This document shows, one piece after another, positions 13,021 to 25,600 of a stretch of DNA of 64,000 nucleotides (position 1 is its first letter; every line of letters starts with the position of its first letter). Origin of the DNA: Lytechinus pictus. Taxonomy: Eukaryota. The stretch covers positions 7,006,001 to 7,070,000 of the forward strand of contig NC_087252.1 in assembly GCF_037042905.1 (NCBI RefSeq). Reading direction: 5' to 3'. The notes beneath the pieces are model-generated. The model was not told the DNA's origin. It was given only the letters and a program-made list of their open reading frames with translations, and searched no databases. A program made the position numbers and the translations under genes.

Positions 13021-15901
13021 TAATTTGCAGCAATGAATAATTAATGCACACAATCAGTCATCTATCCAATTGTTTTATTTCTTGCTAGAAAATTTTTGAA
13101 TGTACCTAATCTCATATTAATAAAAAACAAAGTAACAAGTGGGGATATGACATCGTAAGCCCACCTAATGAATATTCATGAAGATATTCCTAGAACTGTT
13201 TCACCGGAATAATGCAAATCTTTAATTTCAATCACTTCGTTAGTTGTGATCCTATTTTGATCAAATTTTCAGCATTTAGCTCTGTGAATTTTACTTTATT
13301 TAATGAGATATAAATATCTCCAGCTTGGACCATCCTTTTAACGGATGTATATACAGAAGTACAACAAAATCCTACCAAAGTAATGAAAAAAAAATCATGG
13401 ATAACTAACTTCCGTCTAGCTTTTAATCATGTTAATACTGATAATAGACGCATCCGATCAATTCCAAGTGGAGTGAAGGATTTGCTGTCGCACTAAACGG
13501 CAAATGTCAGATAAGATTTAAAAGAGGCCAAGTGCCTTTGTGATATGATGGATAAAACATGTACAGTCAAAGTGTGATAAAGATAACAAAAGTTTATGTT
13601 CAAGTTAAATCTCTGAAACTCCTATTCAGTGTCACCATCCTCCCTCATTTTGATCACGGTTCCTTTGATTAGTCGGTAAGATTTCTAAGACAAACTGTTT
13701 GATAAAAAAGTTCAAAAACTAGATGCACGTATAGTGTTGCTGGAAGAATTTGATGTTTTTAAATATATTTGGTTGGAGCCTCACACACACGTTTACAGTT
13801 AAGACGTGCAGTGATGATGTAAATGTATAAATCAATGCCTGACATGGCACTAACATACCCAAATTATGTTTTACAACATGTCGGCTCAGCTCCTCAATGC
13901 ATCTTACCTATTTCTGAACATCCTCAGGTATATTCGGAAGTCGCTATCTCTCTCATTCTCTCTCTCGAGACTACCTGCTGATAGGTCGATCCTATGACAA
14001 GACGGCATTCACCATAATATTCTCTCTTGCTGTTTCACACCCGCTGACTGTTCTTTGTAATGCATCAATAACTTGTCGTCATATTTTCTTCTCTTTGTTT
14101 GTTTTATATGCAATACTTTGTTGTGTGCGTGTGGGTGTTTTCTGAGCCTAGGTTATGAGTATATTTTTCTTGTCTCCAAATTCATATTCATAAATACGCA
14201 TGCATAAACCCTATTTGTCGCTCAAATAATATCTGTATTTGAGAACTATTGATGGTTAAGTTGTGGGGTATGAATGTTGATGTAAAATGAAAATCCCTAG
14301 AATTAATGATAATGTAGTTATAAAAAACATATACTGTATTTTTATTCATTGAATTTCGTTATTTTCAGACAGTTCTCAATTATGTTGTAAATTTGGAGAC
14401 TCCCTCCTTATGATCCAATGATTATTCACGTCCTCGTTATTTCAATCATGGAAATTTTTAGTTTATGTTTGCCAGTGGTTAATTTGAGGACAATATTGTA
14501 ATTTCTCTTCTTCACATGGTAAAACAATAATATCATTCGATATAAAACGGTATTTGACTAAATGCCACAATTTTCTTATGTCATTATATTGAAATTATTT
14601 TCACCTATCATCACAATAACACTATTTTTTGTACACTTACAAACTCTTTAAACGACATTTACTTTTTCATTTTCCATCCGTTTATTGCATATATAACACG
14701 ATATTTAAAATACAGCACGTAAGACATGTTTTTCTCATGATTTTCTCTGTAAAAGATCAGTATTTGCAAAAACCAATTCAAATCAATTGCAGTTCATCAC
14801 ACTACCTCTATATTTTCATTTATCATTTATATATGTTGGGCCACAGCAATATATCATAACAAAATAATAGCATGATTAGATATTCGTTGCAGATTTTTTA
14901 CCAAACTATACAGCGGTGTTTTATAGATGTTGTCTTTATCTTCGAGTAGTTCAGGGCATTAAGAAAGGTACAAACCAATAACTTGATTACCAACAATATA
15001 TTTGTTCAATTTAGGATGAAAATAGTAGTAAAGTATACATTCAACATAATATTCCTATCAAAAAATGTAGAAAAATGTGAGCAAAATGTAATCAATGAAG
15101 AGCACATTTGACATTCGACATGTTCGAGAAGTCACGTAAAGATGTAGGTCTATAAGGGAGGACTTATAAATGGATAGGCCTATACACTCTCCCTACCCTT
15201 TTCACTTAAAAAACACAAATGTATGTGCTGCATAATCAATGGAAAATCAATGAAAAAAAAAATAAAAATCCAACGCACATACAGTTTTCTGAGAAATTCA
15301 GGTAAAAATAAGTTGATGAAAATGATAATATGAATTTTTCTGTTTCATGCAGCTTGTTCGGCATGTTTCACTTTTTTCACTTTGTTTCACTTTTTAATTG
15401 GTACATCTTCAGCTCAGCTATTACACAGTACTTCACCACCTTATATACACATGCATCTTCATCAACAGCACCAAAAATAATTTCGCACCCCCCCCCAAAA
15501 AAAAAAATCACATACACCATCACTCACCACATTCATCAATGCAATGAGAATCCGATTTATTAACTCAATTTTCATTTGTTTTGGTATAGAACTTACCGTT
15601 CTTACATCCTTTGGAAACAATTATTTACATGAGTGATCTATTTCATATAGTCAGACTAACCTGTTCAGCTTTAATATTTGCTTTAAATAGGTGTCCAACA
15701 TACATTTCACATGGAGATATATCATACATAGCAATAAGGTTACATAACAAACTGCCAACGCCAAGTATTTAGTGTGGATAAACTAAATATTATGTAGACA
15801 TCGACCCTGGCATGAACATGTACAGTTTTCTTAATCCGATGCCATAGTAACACCAACGAAACCTACCCAACAGATTGTATGTAAATTGAAAGAAAGTCAG
15901 T

Positions 15902-16035
15902 CAAGATCCCGTAACACGAAGCCTAGCAATCATCGTAATTTTTTTTCAACGATTGATTGCATTGACTACAATGTACAATCAAGCGTAAAATCAAGAGTAC
16001 GATTAATTGTTTACCTTTATGTTACGGGACCTTGA
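15902..16035. mobile_element. Small MITE in the presumed 3' UTR; also at ~44598-44736 and ~61084-61221
   Basis: CAAGATCCCGTAACACGAAG...CTTTATGTTACGGGACCTTG inverted ends; present in A, C and D, so it predates the duplications. Confidence 0.7.
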
Positions 16036-16579
16036 ATTTGGTTTTGGTGAGGGGTAAAATAAAACGAAACAAAAACAGATTACTACTAGTGTTACGTTTG
16101 CTGGTCCTGACAAGCTCTTATTGTTACCTGTCCTGGACAAACTCCAACGTAAACCTCCTGAATCTCCATTCAGACATGCACTCATGAATAAGCAACAAGC
16201 CACGCCATGTCAAATCGTTTAAAACAGTTTATATACAAACATATATACACATGACGATTCAGATTCACAAGTCCGTTGTTCACCTAGCGATATCCTTTTT
16301 CTACTCTGTACTCCAGACTTAAACGTGTATTATTATCTCGTCACACTAGGAAAATTAAATTACACTTTTATATGCCTTCTGATACTAAATATACCACTGC
16401 ATAGCATAATATATTTGTAAAAGAAATTTAACAACAAATTCAATTTAGATCAAGTCAAGGGACCAATGGTATCCAGAGAAGAATGAAATGCGTGAATTAA
16501 TTACACATGAATCTAACACGTATGTCTTGAGCTTCCGTATAAAACACATATTGTGAGGCATTGTTTTATGCTCTTTGCA

Positions 16580-16639
16580 TCACATCTCCAGAGTAGAAGC
16601 ATACAACCCATCATCCAAGTCATTCAGAGACAAGTAACT
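16580..16639 (-). CDS. Copy A last coding exon, C-terminal tail
   Basis: TTTCACAG| SYLSLNDLDDGLYASTLEM*; conserved in copies C and D. Confidence 0.85.
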   Translation of the reverse strand, partial: SYLSLNDLDDGLYASTLEM

Positions 16640-19600
16640 CTGTGAAATAAGACAAAAATCGTTAAAATTTTAACGTCATCAAAAATTATATTTCAAACCA
16701 GTAATAACTTCAAATTTACTTCGATAATGACGGTACTTCACGGATTTAATTTATTTAGTTAGATATTTATTTATTTCCACAAAAACAATATATAATACAT
16801 GTTATAATGATCAATATGATATCAAATGCATGTCAAGAGAGATTCCTGTTAAAAGAAAAAAACTAGACTCCTTGTAATATAAATGGTACACATAAAAAAT
16901 CATACAAATTATTATACAACAAAAAACGAACAAAGAAGAGCCTTCTGTAAGATATCTGTACGACTTAAACTAGTTTTACGTGCACATCCCCAAACGACAT
17001 TCCAATAAGATAAATGTGTGTATATTCGTAAGTGAGCTCGTAATTAAAAATTTTTGGTTTTTCATATTCATGATAAATAATAATGGAAATAAGTGCAGAT
17101 GTTATTTTTTTATTCTATCTTACATATATATTGTTTTTTAATATATATTATATTATGGCATTAAAGAATTAATTGTATAATAAATCATGAATAAGATAAT
17201 ATGATAAAGAAAAGCGTAGTTGTAAAAGACACCAAGTAGTGTAAGAAAGACAAAATTGTTTTAATCTTACGTGTTTCTTTTCTAAAATCCTATCCATACT
17301 CTTCAGGATGTGATCAAAGTTACTCCGATTTTGGGGTTCCTTGTCCCAGCAACCAGTCATAACCACATACCTTTGAAATAAATTAAAGATGATGTTTATA
17401 TAGAAATATGTATATATTACATAAATGGTTAAGGAAGTATATATAAAATTGATTTAAAACATGGAATTATTAGAGGGGTAGGCCTATACACTACAGGCTG
17501 AAAATTTTATGATCTAAACAGACAGGGCTAATTCATACAAAGAAAACACTGGAAATTCCTTCAAAATCGTACAATAACAAAGGTATAATATCTTAAAGTT
17601 TTGCACTATTTTTTGGTGAAATAGTTGTACGTATGTCCACTCGAGCATACAATGATAAAGCTGATTCTATCTTCCCTTTTGTAGTATATATGAACTAAGA
17701 TTTTTTTCACATTTTGTCCGCCTAAAATAAAAAAAATTAAAATGATTGATAAGGAATGTAATCTGTGAGATATTTATTGCTGTATTTTTTTTTTTTAAAG
17801 GAAGACATATCGTATACACATAACAACAAAAATATGAAATAATTATTATTTCATGCAATTACTGAAGAAAAAAATGGGACAAAACATCATCGGCCCACAT
17901 TTTTGACGGCGTACATGTAGCTGTTTTCATTTAAAAAAATCCAATAATCTCGACATTTGTCAGATCTTGATGAAATAGGCCTTTTGCTAATAAAATGATT
18001 TTTACTATACTTTAGATGAAAATTATTTTCAACCCGGAGTACCCCTTTAGTATAGATCATTCAACTCATGTTCCCCTAGGATTGTGCGTAAAATCTATGA
18101 AGATTGATTTTTGTTAATCTTTGTTGTGAATTTGCAACATATACGGTAAATGAAATTTACGAGAGCAAACAACAAGAGAAATTCTCTATAGGTCAATCTA
18201 CAATCCTAGTAATCCTTGTCAAGCAAGTTTTAGATTTTTTTGATAGAAAATAAGTATTACACTTCTTGTGCACAGTGACGAGGACATGGCATCTGGTAAC
18301 CATTAGCAACCTCCGTCCGAACCGTGCTGAATGTCATATTTGGGTAGGGCCTTGCACCTATCAGAATGTAAAAGCAAAAATTATATTATGAAGCATCTGA
18401 ATATCATATATCTAGAAGTTGACCAAAATAAATATATATTGTTAGAAGTAGAAGTATGAACATGATGTCAAATATTGATTCCTTATAATGAATATCTCGA
18501 CACCGATAAATATATGTGCATAATTATGTGCCCAACTGAAAAAAAGGCATAAATTACAAGTTTTTTTTTGGTCCGTTTATCACAGCTACAATTACTGTGT
18601 CTAATGTTATACAGTATATTATTAATCTGACTGTCAGTCACAGGTTTAACCATACCTAACCTAAATAACTTTATTTGTAACAATCATCAATCCCTTTTAA
18701 AATGTTCAACATCACCCGGCGTTTTATATATCATTATAATGTTGATATCATTATCTTTCGAGCCGAGTAAGGATATCTTTTAAAATGTTGTTTTGATATT
18801 TCCGTCACTGTTCTTGTTGTTGTTGTTGTAGCAGCAGTAGTCATGGTAGTAAAAGTAACGATGTTGCTTTTGTTGTATTTTGCCTTTTATCATAATCATT
18901 TACCATTCTATCATCGATAATTGGTAGAAATTATCATAATCACCACAATCATTAAACCCATCGTTGTTATTTATTGATATATGACTAACATATTATTGCA
19001 TATTAGACATTTACACACAAAACTTCGTGCACATCCTTTCTTACCCAGTGTCACAATTTCCCACAAGACGATACCAAAAGACCATATGTCTCCTTCTGTT
19101 GTTTGGTCACCCGTTGCCATGGTTTCTGGTGAACTCCATCTGGATGGTTTCTATATATGACGGTGTGCAGATGACAAATAATCTTGCTATAACAATAATT
19201 CAAGCGATTGGTAATTATAATATGCAGTTAACCTATAAAATGTCAAAGATGTCTTAATACTGGCCGAAACAAGCAATAATAAAGTGGTATGGTTGCAGGC
19301 TGAGGATCAAAGTCAAGGGTCATGTGAGTTAGGGTTCCAGCCTCGCTTCATTTAGAATCATATATTTTCATTTACATTATCAAGTTATCAAATAGGAGAT
19401 TAATCTCTATGACAAGCCTACACCATAAACATTCATTATTGTAAGGCATAACGAGTCACACTTACAGCTACGTCACCAAGGAGCGATGAAGAAAGTCCGT
19501 AATCTGATATCTTGCATTGCTTTCTTTCTCCTAGCAACACATTGTGAGCGCAGAGAGCCCCGTGGATGATCTGAAGAAAAGAGAAATACACTTGCAACTC

Positions 19601-22600
19601 TGTATAGTGTTTAGTGTATTCATATACATGTATTTTGATCTCTGTGAAAGTCGACAAATTTCCCGTCTTACATCTGTGTTAAAAAAAGGAACGATAAACC
19701 CTTCCTATTCCTATTGTACTATTAGTAATACCTGTAATGTTTCCAAACAAAAATAATTTAGGTTTCTGGAAAGTATTGCTGCCGAAGGTATTTATGAGGA
19801 TATGGTTGTGCAGAGTTGCAACCCTAATTACGAAAACGATTTCTTATCTTGGACCGGTCAAGTTTTCATGTCTGACTAAAAGGGTCCCTTTCAGCTTAAA
19901 AACCGATTTTTATTTCCAAACCCAACTGCCTTCCTTTCTCCTCTTATAACCCTTTTTTGTTAAGGAATCTCATAAAAAATACCTTCTTAGATGCAAGGAA
20001 CTGCATCCCTTTAGCAGCCTGCCAAGCCAAGTTAAGTAGGGTACCCTCATCAATACGAACACCGTTTGGTTTGAGATTGCTGTACGTAGGTTGAGATTGC
20101 ACCCCTGAAGTATGTAGATGGGTAAGGAGTGTACCCCCTGAGATGAACTCATACAGAATACTACCTGCATGCGTGAATACACATAAAAACTGTGGTGTTA
20201 ACCGGTGTACATAGAGGACCACATCAGTTATTTTACACCGGTGTTGAATCGGTGGTGGTGTCATTACAACACCTTTGGTTGTTACATTTACACGCTTTGG
20301 TGTTATTTTTAATCTTTAGGGTGTAATCTTAACACCTCGGGGTGTGGTCCTATATTAACACCAACTGGTGTCAGTTTTAACACCGCAGTTTTTACAGTGT
20401 AATAGATTGTAATAGAAAGGAAAACTCTGTGACGTCATGTTTAATAATTGCATCTTCTTCATTGTAATTTAGGATAAGTATCCTTGAATTATCAAATGGA
20501 ATGGATTGTTATTGTGTCTTCTCCTTTTGTTTTGGTGTAAGAACCCCCAATGAAGAACCCCCTGGATGAGGGAAAGGGGCCAACGAACTCTTTAGCGATT
20601 AAAACAAATATTGATATATTTTTGTGGTTTCCAAGAGAACCAATTATATTCCATATTACACAATTAAGATGGTTTACGTACCTTGTTCTTTACAATATCC
20701 TAGGCATTTTACAATATTTGGTTGATCCGATAGCTCGTAAAGTACCTTGATGGCTTGAAGAACTTGTAATGATTTTGTCACGCGATCTAAGATAGTGTAA
20801 AGTACATAATGATATAATGGTATGACCTTTCATTTTAATATTCCCCTTCCGGATTGTTCACCATTGACCAATTTCTGGACAAGCAGAGAATATACCCAAA
20901 AAATTATATTATTATTATTAAAAAATGGGGCATGTTTCCCCCCTTTCAGTAACCCTGAACCCCCCCCCCCCCCCCTCCTTCTTTGATCCCGGTGAAACTG
21001 AATTCAAGTGAAAGAGAAGCCTGTGGCGTCAAAACTATTTAATTATTTGCATTGGTTTCCAATCTGCTTGTTCAGAATGACATCCTAAAACGATATGGTA
21101 ATAGCATAAATAATGAAATTAAAATTTAATTGAGATGACAAATTAAGAATGACCTTCAAATTTGAACTTCTCTCATTGTTATTAATTATTGTTAACTTTA
21201 CGAGCTACAAACCATCACCTGGTATTTGCCTAATAGCAACGTCGAGATGGTTTTGTTTTGATTGAAGGTCTCCCTTCCATACCTCGCCGAAGTCACCCCG
21301 CCCAATCGAGCCGAGTCTGGTGAAGAATGTCACGTTTTCACGGGCAATGACGAAGGAGTGGGTAGTACCAAGTTTTAACGTTGTGTATGCTGCATTGTTT
21401 TAAAACATATACATTTTCGACTAAGTACATTTAAAATACATGTACTTAAAACACCTAATCCATTATGTCTGATCTTGTGAGATTTGTAGTAAGTGTCTTG
21501 GTCAATAATATATTTCCAGAGAATATAAAGTAACTATGGATTTGAGATTAAAAAATATTTTTTATTGTAGGAGGTGAACATTTTAATGAACATTATTGCA
21601 TATAATAAAATACTAAGTTACAAGTGGAAATAACAAAATCATCAATTAACCCACTGAATATTCATGAAGAAATGCAAAAAAATAATTTATAGTGATATAA
21701 TACAAATCTTTAGAATGTCATAACATTTTTTCCCCTTTATAAAATTTGTAATGCTTTGTTTGATTTTCCTTTATCTATTGGAATAATATTATTTTCCGCC
21801 TGGAGTACCCGTTTAATAGTAGTGGTATACATCTTATAAAGAGTTCCCTCGCACCACTTAGAATAAAGATAAGGTAAACACCTGCTGACGCTTAAATATA
21901 TTTTCACTTATCCTTTTTTGTACTTTTGGCCTATATGCCATAGAGACCTAATTGTGAATTATCAGGATGATAAAGATATAATACGAATGACGTTCTTTTT
22001 TTTTTAACAGAACATTAAATCAAAGTAGTTGTACGAATGCATAATGTTTAATAGAAAAAAAAAGTTGACAATAAAATACACGTTTATTTGAATAAATAAT
22101 ATTTAGATGGAGTTTAAGATTTAATGATACACAGCTAATATGCAGAATCAATAGATAAGTTAGAAAATTTAATTCTTGAGTAATTTCTCACCTCGATTCC
22201 CACTTTGAATCATCTCATAAGCCACGTTATCATTCACTTCCTGTGGTATATTTATTTCATTGCTGTAAAACATATATAAATTGATTAGAGTTTATTTCAT
22301 CTCATGAGAAATGATATTTTTTTTTGTTAACATCCACTTAAAGGCATTTCATGGCACACATATATCAGCAACAATTACAATGAGGGAAGTGTTATATTAT
22401 TCAATGAGTATTACTCATTATTAAAGCGTTCCTAAGAATGAGATTAAGAAAAAAAAGGCTCAAAAAACGCCTTTATTATTTGAAGGATCTGGGTTTTTCC
22501 CCTTTTGGAAATAAAATCAAATATATATCTGTTGAAATGAATTTATCCTTTGTCCTCCTATTTCCGTCAGTTAATGTGTATGTATCTCAGTAAAATTTAC

Positions 22601-25600
22601 GCGTGAACGTTTGAATTTACGTTAATACTAGCTTGTGTGTTGAGGCGAAGTGTGTATGGTTAGAAATGTGAGTGTGTTCCGTTCTTTTCAATGGTATAGG
22701 ATGTTGTAAAGTTTGGTATAAATATGTGTGGTTATTTAGTATGGGCTGTTACAGTATCGGGTTTGAGGGTGTGCGCGAGTGGATGAATGTGTGGTGAGTG
22801 AGTGCGAGGTTGTACGGGCGTATTCGTAAGGTGAGCTAGAAGAGTGTGTGCATGCACGGGATGCGAGTTGTGTGTCAGAGGACGGGAGTGTTAAAGAGGG
22901 AGTGATGTGTTCGAGTGTGAGAGAGCTGTGTGTGTATGATAGGGAGCAAATGTGAAAGTGCAGGCAGTGTCTGTAAAAGTGTGTGTATCTTTAAAGATAA
23001 GTGTGAGTGCGTGGGTGTGTGTGAGATTATCTGAGTAGGTGTATGGGTGAGTGTGCGTGTTTTTTTCATGTGGGGGAGAGAAAATGGTGTGCAAAATTTG
23101 TGGGTTTGGTTTAATGGAGATATGTACATATTATAGATTCATTGTAGTCATGTAAAATGTGAGCGTGGGTGTTGCCTTCTAGGGTGTGTGTGTATGTGTG
23201 TCCGACAAAATATTTTTCCTTCTACTTACCTCTTATTATTCTTTGAATCATGGAACTCTAGTTTAGTGGATAAATATATAAATATACACGTTTACATTAG
23301 AGTGATGAAGAAAAAAAATGTAGCCATATGTAAACTGAGATGGCAAAATAAATTCAAGAGAGCACTCGAGGTCAAGATGCTCAAGATTTTATATACCTTT
23401 GCTATCAATTTTCGGTTTTATATCCCCTTGATAAAACATTAACGTATCGATGATCATTTAATATCCCACCTACTTGAATTATGGTATAGTAATTCTAACA
23501 CGATCTTACTAAGCGGAAATATGCTCAGATCTAGTTAACAAACCTTCTTTAGATAAACGACAAGACACGATATGTGTAGTGAGGGAATAATAATGTTGCT
23601 TTAATGTGTATTTTTATGATCATCAGAAAAAATACATTCCAACTTTGCACCTTTACAAATATTAGACGAGGAACACCTTTGAAGTTGCACCTTTGAACAT
23701 GTTCCTCTTGTGTTGGAGTTATACTTTTTTAAATTGGTATGACTTTAGGTAACATGTCCATTGTTTTACCTCGTCTATGTAGTTAAGTTAAACAAGGGTT
23801 ATTACATTACATTACTTCTTCTTTTACATTCACATTTACTCTATGTGAATATAACTACTCAGTAATCACCTGGTTTGGTTTTTCCCCTAAGAAGAATGAA
23901 CTGAACAATGTTGACGATGATAGAAGCTACTAAGAGGATGGCTAAAATAGCTATTCCAGCAGATGCTCCAGAACTCAAAGGACATGGTGTAGGCTCGGGT
24001 GTAGTCTCTGGTTGGTGAGAGAGTTTTATATCAGATGTTAATATAGATTGTGGAATTTAATTCATATGAATTAATTCGTAAACCTGTAAAATCCGATTGA
24101 TCATAGATTATAGTTCAACCATAATCATAGATTACACTACAAACATACAGCAAGAGGTAGAAGGTCCATGCTGCAACCCAGTTTTCGGGACGACATTCTA
24201 TAATAAAACCCGTGCAGTATGTCAGCCATCTATGGTCTCATTTCTAAATCTAATTATATGTCCATAATTATTTTCAATCTTCAAATTTGCCGCAAAACAT
24301 ATCACAAAATAGTAAAATAAATCACTGTCCTAAACTGAATTTCCTTTAAAAGACAAGAAGAAAAACGTCTGGGCCCGGATTCACAAGGAGGAATGACTAA
24401 GTTCTATAGAGCTATAATAACTTAGGGCTGAGCTAAATTCTAGGGGGTTAGAATTTGTATTTCACGAAGAAGGGTAAGGTTAACCCAATAGTTAAAATAG
24501 TAGTCAATTAAATATAATCAAATATAATAATACATGGGTTTACAACTCATCAGTTGCATAAGTAGTCGACAACTGTTAGGATGCACCATATACGGGTAAT
24601 GGGCTACATTTTTATTTTACAAAGTTTCAAAGTGGCGAAGATGAAAGTCTAATTTTGAAGAATGTGATATCATATCTACAATAATTTCCTACTAAATCTG
24701 CATCTCTCCCACTTGGGTTTTGCGCCACCCCCATTATTACATATATTTCACAGTATTTTATTCATTCATTGTTCATGTTCAAACATTAAATGAATGTGTT
24801 TGTGCTGGTGATGTGGTGTACTAAAGAGGTGCCTCGGCCTTTTGTCGGTATGTTTGAGGAAGAGTGTCTTTGAAGATATTCCTTTTAACGAAAAAGTATT
24901 TCACTAACTTATGGCAGGTATGATTGGTATGATAGACCTGCAGTATAATGACTTACTGAAACCATTTATGATAAATATAAATGAAATTATAATGATGATA
25001 ACATTAAAAATGATAATAGAGATAGCATTTATAATTATTGTTATAATACGAACAATAGAAATAATGATCACAATGATAATAACGGTGATAATAAAAATAA
25101 CATTAAATGATAATAAAACTAACAATGATCAGAATAATAATTATAATAATGACAATAGTATCATATAATGTAAATACCATTAATAATAATTGGTATTTCG
25201 TAGCACCATCAACCTAGAAATATTCTATTCGGCTGCGCACTGTTTTTTTTTTTGTCATTGTAAGATGGAAAAGGGACTTCCTAAAAAATATCCACCACCG
25301 AAAGAGGAACCTTGTAAATAAAATTTTGAAAGAAATGAATTTACACTTCGTCTGGAGCCCAGGAAAACAATAGTAAACGGACTTTGGACCCTATTATATC
25401 TTGAATACCAAAGCGAATTCGCATGATGTGTGCAAATAAATATCATATTGACATTGATCCTTCCATATACACTGCCATGCACAGTTTATCTATAGAGAAA
25501 TGTGAGATTCTGTTACGGATACAAGTTTAAACCTGAATTTGAGGCATTTTCAAGCATTAAGTTTCGTGCAGAATTGCATGTCGATTAATGTTTTCATTCT

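Larger units (their letters stand above)
11627..13337. mobile_element. TTAA-flanked MITE (Kolobok-like) containing nested LINE fragments
   Basis: TTAA-AGGGATGGTCC...GGACCATCCTT-TTAA with long imperfect inverted arms. Confidence 0.85.

Noticed and set aside
21905-21947. Extra juxtamembrane exon between the two ITAM halves
   Set aside because: Stop codon in the required phase (GLYGI*) and no GT donor (ATAAGT).
24904-25168. Hydrophobic Ile-rich membrane-protein ORFs
   Set aside because: Translation of an (AAT)n microsatellite.
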